Source: Thermodesulfobacteriota bacterium (GTDB lineage Bacteria > Desulfobacterota_D > UBA1144 > Nemesobacterales > UBA2774). Taken from it: a DNA stretch of 64,000 nt. The notes under the pieces are model-generated. The model saw nothing but the letters and a program-made list of their open reading frames with translations, did not search any database and was not told the origin of the DNA. The stretch spans positions 1,472,001 through 1,536,000 of the forward strand of contig OY729416.1 in assembly GCA_963422265.1 (NCBI GenBank), in the 5' to 3' direction. The translations under genes and the position numbers were made by a program. Of the stretch, positions 59,261 through 64,000 are shown one piece after another (position 1 is the first letter of the stretch; each line of letters begins with the position of its first letter).

Positions 59261-61396
59261 ATGCGACGCATCAACACTAAGCTTTCTTTAGCTTTGCTCT
59301 CCATTTTTATAATAGCGTCTGAGACAGGCGTGGCGCGAGTGATCACTCCTCAAACTGAATCTCAAACTTGCTCTGGATTTGTTTCAGAACTAAATCATAA
59401 ATTCAAGCCGCGGACGCACAGCGAACAAGATGGCGAGGATAAACTTAAGAGGGGTTACTGCCTTATTAAATTGGGACAATTCCAGGAGGGTATATCAAGT
59501 TTGTCCGGCGTTGAAAAAGAACTTCCTTCGGTTGGAGAATACGTAATTTACTATCAAGCCGTGGGTTACGAGAAACTGGGTAACCACTCAAAATCCGAGG
59601 CATTACTTAACAAGATTCTAACTCGGTATCCAAGAAGCGCTCTTAGGAAGAAAGTCCTAGATAGTCTTGCAAGTATTTACATTCAGTTGGGTAATTACGC
59701 CGAAGCGGAAAAGCTACTCAGAGCACTTTACTATGAAATAGGCTCGGCGCGGATCGCAGGGCAATATGGGCTAGGATCAAAGGCGTCCTATCTATACAAG
59801 CTTGGCGAGGTAATGGAAAAACAGCAAAGATACGGCGACGCCCTTGATTTTTATAAAAAAACGTGGATAGAGCATCCAGAAACCAGATTTTCAAATCAAG
59901 CCTATCAATCCGCACAAAACGTAAGCAATCTGCACAGAATCCACTTTCAGCCTACGCAGGCCGATTATCTGAAAAGGGCAAATACCCTTTTTGAGCGCTC
60001 AAGGTGGGGTTTAGCAATTAAGGACTATCAAAAACTCTCGTTACGCCCTAATACCCTAAGTGAGTCTGAGAGAAGCAATGTCCAAACCAAATGGGGAATC
60101 TCAATGGTGCAGATTAAAAGATTAAACGATGCAGATAGGCTTCTAGCGGGTGTAAAATCGCCCGAGGCGCTATTTTGGAGAGGTAAGATAAAAGCTAAAC
60201 AGGGTTTTAACAATAGGGCATCGGAGATTTACTCGCATATACAACTTCTTTACCCTTCAAGCCCACTTGCTGCTGAAGGTCTTTATAAAGCGGCGCGGTT
60301 ATACCAGATAAACGGCAATAGACAGAAAGCCGTAGTGGCCTATAATAGACTTGTTAAAACATATCCTAGAAGCAAATATGCCAAATATGGGACGTGGAAT
60401 CTTGGCTGGATATACTACAGACAGGGCATGTATGGTAGGGCGGACGCTCAGTTTTCAGCGATCTTGGACTCAAGCCTCACGTTTAATTCATCCAGAGCCA
60501 AGTATTGGAAAGCTAGAACCTTAGAAAAACAAGGTAGAAAGGACGAGGCGGGCGTCATATACAGAGAACTAACGGCTTCAGCTAAGCCGAGTTACTATAG
60601 CTTTCTATCTCAAAGAAAAACTGGAAGCTTACCTAGATATGCGGAGGTGGCGACTAGGCTGACCACGATTAGCCCCTCAACAAAACTGCGAAAAGAAAAA
60701 GTGAAGACCTTGATGCGACTTGGAATGCGCGACGACGCTAGGCTTGAGATTAAACAAATGGAGTATGAGGCAAATTTGAAAGAGGAATTTATGGTGGTAA
60801 GTTTGCTCTATTCAGAAGTAGGGGATTATTACAATTCTATAAAAATTGCCCAGAGAGCAGGATTACCTCAAGCCAATGTTCTATCTTTTCCCCTTGCCTA
60901 CAGAGACATAGTCAGCACTTACACTAAAAAATACGGCGTGGACGAGTTGCTTATTTATTCGATCATTCGCGAAGAGAGCAGATTTCAGGAAGATGCAGTC
61001 TCTAGCGCTAAGGCTGTTGGGCTTATGCAGTTGATACCACCTACCGCAAGAATCGTTGCAAAGGATATTGGGATCAAAGGATTTATCCCTAAAATGCTTA
61101 CAATACCAAGGGTCAATATAGAAATGGGCACCTGGTATTTCAGAAAGCTATTGGACGAATTACAAGGGGATGTAGAGCTTGCGCTTGCCGGCTATAATGC
61201 GGGCCCGCGCAAGACTGCTGAGTGGAAAGCAAGATTACACGGTTTGGAGAAGGACGAGTTTATTGAGGAGATCACATTTAGTGAAACAAGAAACTATATC
61301 AAAAGAATTTTGAGAAGTTACGGTGTTTATAAAGCAATATACCGTGACGTCGTCTCCCCAGCGGCAACCGTTGAAACTACGAAAGCTGGAAAGTAG
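59261..61396 (+). CDS. TPR-containing soluble lytic transglycosylase (Slt family)
   Basis: TPR repeats; 'IIREESRF', 'GLMQL', 'YNAG', 'ETRNY'. Confidence 0.9.
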   Translation: MRRINTKLSLALLSIFIIASETGVARVITPQTESQTCSGFVSELNHKFKPRTHSEQDGEDKLKRGYCLIKLGQFQEGISSLSGVEKELPSVGEYVIYYQAVGYEKLGNHSKSEALLNKILTRYPRSALRKKVLDSLASIYIQLGNYAEAEKLLRALYYEIGSARIAGQYGLGSKASYLYKLGEVMEKQQRYGDALDFYKKTWIEHPETRFSNQAYQSAQNVSNLHRIHFQPTQADYLKRANTLFERSRWGLAIKDYQKLSLRPNTLSESERSNVQTKWGISMVQIKRLNDADRLLAGVKSPEALFWRGKIKAKQGFNNRASEIYSHIQLLYPSSPLAAEGLYKAARLYQINGNRQKAVVAYNRLVKTYPRSKYAKYGTWNLGWIYYRQGMYGRADAQFSAILDSSLTFNSSRAKYWKARTLEKQGRKDEAGVIYRELTASAKPSYYSFLSQRKTGSLPRYAEVATRLTTISPSTKLRKEKVKTLMRLGMRDDARLEIKQMEYEANLKEEFMVVSLLYSEVGDYYNSIKIAQRAGLPQANVLSFPLAYRDIVSTYTKKYGVDELLIYSIIREESRFQEDAVSSAKAVGLMQLIPPTARIVAKDIGIKGFIPKMLTIPRVNIEMGTWYFRKLLDELQGDVELALAGYNAGPRKTAEWKARLHGLEKDEFIEEITFSETRNYIKRILRSYGVYKAIYRDVVSPAATVETTKAGK

Positions 61397-61405
61397 TATC
61401 AGGTG

Positions 61406-62074
61406 TTAGGCTAAAGCCACTTTCCTTTGCTCCCCGCAAAGAAAGGCGAAATTGCTCAATATCTTCAGACCAAGTTCACCACTTTTTTCAGGGTGGAACT
61501 GGCAGGCGAATATATTACCCTTCTGAACCGCTGCAGTGAACTCCACACCATAGCTTACCTTTATTGCACTTAGGCTTTTATCTTCGGGTTCAGGATAGTA
61601 AGAATGAACAAAGTAAAACCAGCTCCTATTAGGGATTCCCTTGAGAACAGGTGTATTCTTTTGAATTTCAATTTCATTCCACCCCATGTGTGGGACTTTT
61701 AATCTTTTCTCTCCACTAAAATCCCTGCCCTCACCCCTAATTGGGACGGGAAACCTAACTACTCTGCCTCTGAGGAGTCCAAAACCTGGCACTCCAGAAT
61801 GCTCTTCACTTTCTTCAAAAAGAACTTGCAGCCCCATACAGATTCCTAGAAAAGGCTTGCCCGAGCTAATAAATTCCTTAACGGGTTTTATTAGCTCATA
61901 CTCCCCTAAATTTTTCATACAATCCCTAAAAGCACCTTGACCGGGCAATACTATGCCGTTGGCGTTTCTAATATCCCTTGCCTCTCTAGTTACTATCGTA
62001 TGGAAGCCCTGGCTTTGAAAGGCTTTGCTTACACTTCGGAGATTCCCCATTCCATAATCTATTACTGCAATCAT
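61406..62074 (-). CDS. hisH: Imidazole glycerol phosphate synthase glutaminase subunit
   Basis: 'IDYGMGNL', 'GICMG', 'PHMGWN', 'QFHPEKS'. Confidence 0.97.
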   Translation of the reverse strand: MIAVIDYGMGNLRSVSKAFQSQGFHTIVTREARDIRNANGIVLPGQGAFRDCMKNLGEYELIKPVKEFISSGKPFLGICMGLQVLFEESEEHSGVPGFGLLRGRVVRFPVPIRGEGRDFSGEKRLKVPHMGWNEIEIQKNTPVLKGIPNRSWFYFVHSYYPEPEDKSLSAIKVSYGVEFTAAVQKGNIFACQFHPEKSGELGLKILSNFAFLCGEQRKVALA

Positions 62075-62076
62075 GG

Positions 62077-62667
62077 CTAGAGTTTTCCCTTGGTAGAAGG
62101 CACTTCATTTGACCTTGGATCAATTCTTGAAGCTACATCGAGGGCGCGGCCAACGGATTTGAAGATCGCCTCAATTACGTGGTGGAGATTATCTCCATAC
62201 CTGAGCTCTATGTGCAGATTACAAGTAAGTGCATTAGCAAGTGATTTGAAAAATTCCTCCCCAAGCTCAAGATCAAACTCTCCAACCTTGCTCTTTGGGA
62301 TTTCCACTCGATAAACCATAAAGGGCCTTCCGCTCAAATCTACCGATGCGAACGCCAGCGTGTCATCAAACGGGACAAACGCCTCTCCAAACCTTGTTAT
62401 TCCTTTCTTTTCACCAAGGGCTTTTAAGAATGCCTTCCCTATGGCAAGTCCAACGTCTTCCACCGTGTGATGAAAATCAACGTCAGTATCGCCGATGGCG
62501 TTTACCTTGAGGTCAAAGTACCCATGCTTTGCAAACTGAGACAGCATGTGGTTAAAGAAGGGAATCCCAGTGTTGACGTCAAACTTTCCCTTGCCATCAA
62601 GATTGATATCAACCTGAACCTTTACTTCCGACGTCTTTCGTTCTACCTTAGCTCTTCTCATTTTCAT
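62077..62667 (-). CDS. hisB: Imidazoleglycerol-phosphate dehydratase
   Basis: 'FFNHML', 'HHTVED', 'NLHHVIEAIFK', 'PSTKG'. Confidence 0.97.
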   Translation of the reverse strand: MKMRRAKVERKTSEVKVQVDINLDGKGKFDVNTGIPFFNHMLSQFAKHGYFDLKVNAIGDTDVDFHHTVEDVGLAIGKAFLKALGEKKGITRFGEAFVPFDDTLAFASVDLSGRPFMVYRVEIPKSKVGEFDLELGEEFFKSLANALTCNLHIELRYGDNLHHVIEAIFKSVGRALDVASRIDPRSNEVPSTKGKL

Positions 62668-62829
62668 AATCGCCAAGAATCATAGCAGAAATTGGGTTGC
62701 TGTTCAATAAGGTTGCCTTTTAGGGGGTTGCGAAGTATGTTTTAATCATTGTCTGGTAAATGTATGTCTAGAGTCACTATTTATCATACAAAGTCTAAGA
62801 TTGAACTAGGAAATCAGCTTTCATAAAGT

Positions 62830-63846
62830 ATGAACAATAATGGGACAAAGCAACGAGCTACTCATAATCGCACTGTTAACTTGAGTGATAGCGAGAGAGA
62901 AACATACAATAAGCTGCTTGTCAAAATTGACAGGGCGGTCTCCGTTGATAGTGTTTTGAACAAAACAATCAATCAAGATATTTTCAAAGTAATGGATTAT
63001 CTACCAGAGGAATTTGTAGATTTGGCTTTTGTTGATCCTCCCTATAATCTCACCAAAACGTTTAATCTTATCACTTTCAAAGAGATGGGAACTGTAAGAT
63101 ATGAAAAGTGGTTAGATTCGTGGATAAGCAAGCTGATTCGTTTGTTGAAACCAACAGCATCTATCTATATCTGCGGAGATTGGAGATCATCAGGCGCAAT
63201 TTTTAATATCGCAGAGAAGTATTTTCAGGTGCGTAATCGCATAACATTTGAAAGGGAAAAGGGACGAGGTGCAAAGACGAATTGGAAGAATAGCTCAGAG
63301 GATATTTGGTTCTGCACAATGTCAAACAAATACTATTTTGATGTTGAAGCAGTGAAAATGAAGAGAAGGGTTATGGCTCCTTATCGTGATGGTAAGAGAG
63401 CAGCTAAAGATTGGAGTGAAGCAAAAGGCGGGAAATATCGTCTAACCCACCCCTCTAACGTCTGGACGGATATAACTATTCCCTTCTGGTCTATGAGTGA
63501 GAATACCGACCACCCAACGCAGAAGCCGGAAAAGTTGGTTGCCAAGATTCTTCTTGCAAGCTCTAAGCCTGGGAGCCTCATCTTTGACCCTTTTCTTGGA
63601 TCAGGAACTACGTCCGTGGTCGCTAAAAAGCTAGGAAGGAATTATGTAGGGGTTGAGTTAGACAAATTATATTGTTGCCTTACCGAAAAACGGTTAGAAC
63701 GGGCGGAGATTGATAAAACAATTCAGGGTTATTCTCATGGTATATTTTGGGAGCGCAATACTCTTACTGACCAGTTGAATAGCAGTATGGAAAGCAGAAG
63801 CAATTCAGAAAGTCAAACCCATTTATTTGATGATAAATTAGCATAA
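62830..63846 (+). CDS. Beta-class N4/N6 DNA methyltransferase
   Basis: 'DPPY' precedes 'HPTQKP' and 'DPFLGSGT'. Confidence 0.93.
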   Translation: MNNNGTKQRATHNRTVNLSDSERETYNKLLVKIDRAVSVDSVLNKTINQDIFKVMDYLPEEFVDLAFVDPPYNLTKTFNLITFKEMGTVRYEKWLDSWISKLIRLLKPTASIYICGDWRSSGAIFNIAEKYFQVRNRITFEREKGRGAKTNWKNSSEDIWFCTMSNKYYFDVEAVKMKRRVMAPYRDGKRAAKDWSEAKGGKYRLTHPSNVWTDITIPFWSMSENTDHPTQKPEKLVAKILLASSKPGSLIFDPFLGSGTTSVVAKKLGRNYVGVELDKLYCCLTEKRLERAEIDKTIQGYSHGIFWERNTLTDQLNSSMESRSNSESQTHLFDDKLA

Positions 63847-63980
63847 TGCAAAAGAGCAAATTATTTTATACAGATGCCTAAAGGGAGGTAGAAAAAGAAA
63901 TCAATGATTTGCTCAACAACCAAACTGATTTTCTTTCACCTCTAAGACTTAACTTGGCAATTACTCTGCCTAAAAAGTAG
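63846..63980 (+). pseudogene. Disrupted coupled downstream gene (probable cognate restriction endonuclease)
   Basis: TAATG coupling; MQKSKLFYTDA*REVEKEINDLLNNQTDFLS..*; function inferred from position. Confidence 0.45.
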
Positions 63981-64000
63981 ACTAACTCCCATGAATGTCG

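Noticed and set aside
59735-59780. Apparent loop insertion in Slt ('IGSARIAGQYGLG') as another hairpin element
   Set aside because: No clear inverted repeat or shared ends at DNA level.
1128-63581. Many short ORFs (about 60-195 aa) overlapping longer genes in the ORF track
   Set aside because: Antisense or alternate-frame shadows of well-supported genes, without motifs or RBS.

Overview
A 64 kb bacterial chromosome segment spanning the replication origin (dnaA-oriC-dnaN). The gene repertoire (deltaproteobacterial-type GspL/M/N, a long S41 peptidase, Cys-type Thi4) suggests a Desulfobacterota-related lineage such as Ca. Dadabacteria; this is inference only. Core genes include bamD, a phosphate porin with phoB/phoR, ferritin, comF, pheA, truA, prs-rplY-pth-hppA, rpsF-rpsR-rplI, thi4, clpS-clpA, queF, a lytic transglycosylase, hisH/hisB, tRNA-Gly(CCC) and tRNA-Gln(CTG). 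An accessory block (about 19.5-37.8 kb) encodes surface-glycan synthesis: five GT4s, a Wzx flippase, a GtrA/flavoprotein/epimerase/ArnT-like cassette, methyltransferases and an odd shikimate-kinase-like protein. It also holds phage and lipoprotein remnants and ends at tRNA-Gly. The most striking unexplained signal is a set of tiny (about 17-60 nt) hairpin elements, often ATCC...GGAC-bounded. They lie in intergenic repeat piles, nest inside one another, and sit in frame within conserved proteins (several in DnaN; also PhoR, DnaA, HisH and an ImmA protein). Other highlights are two ImmA/IrrE genes and a DNA methyltransferase whose downstream partners are truncated, a lipoprotein frameshifted in a G-tract at its lipobox, and a DUF482 GNAT gene heading clpS-clpA. 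No CRISPR array, rRNA or intact transposase/integrase was seen.
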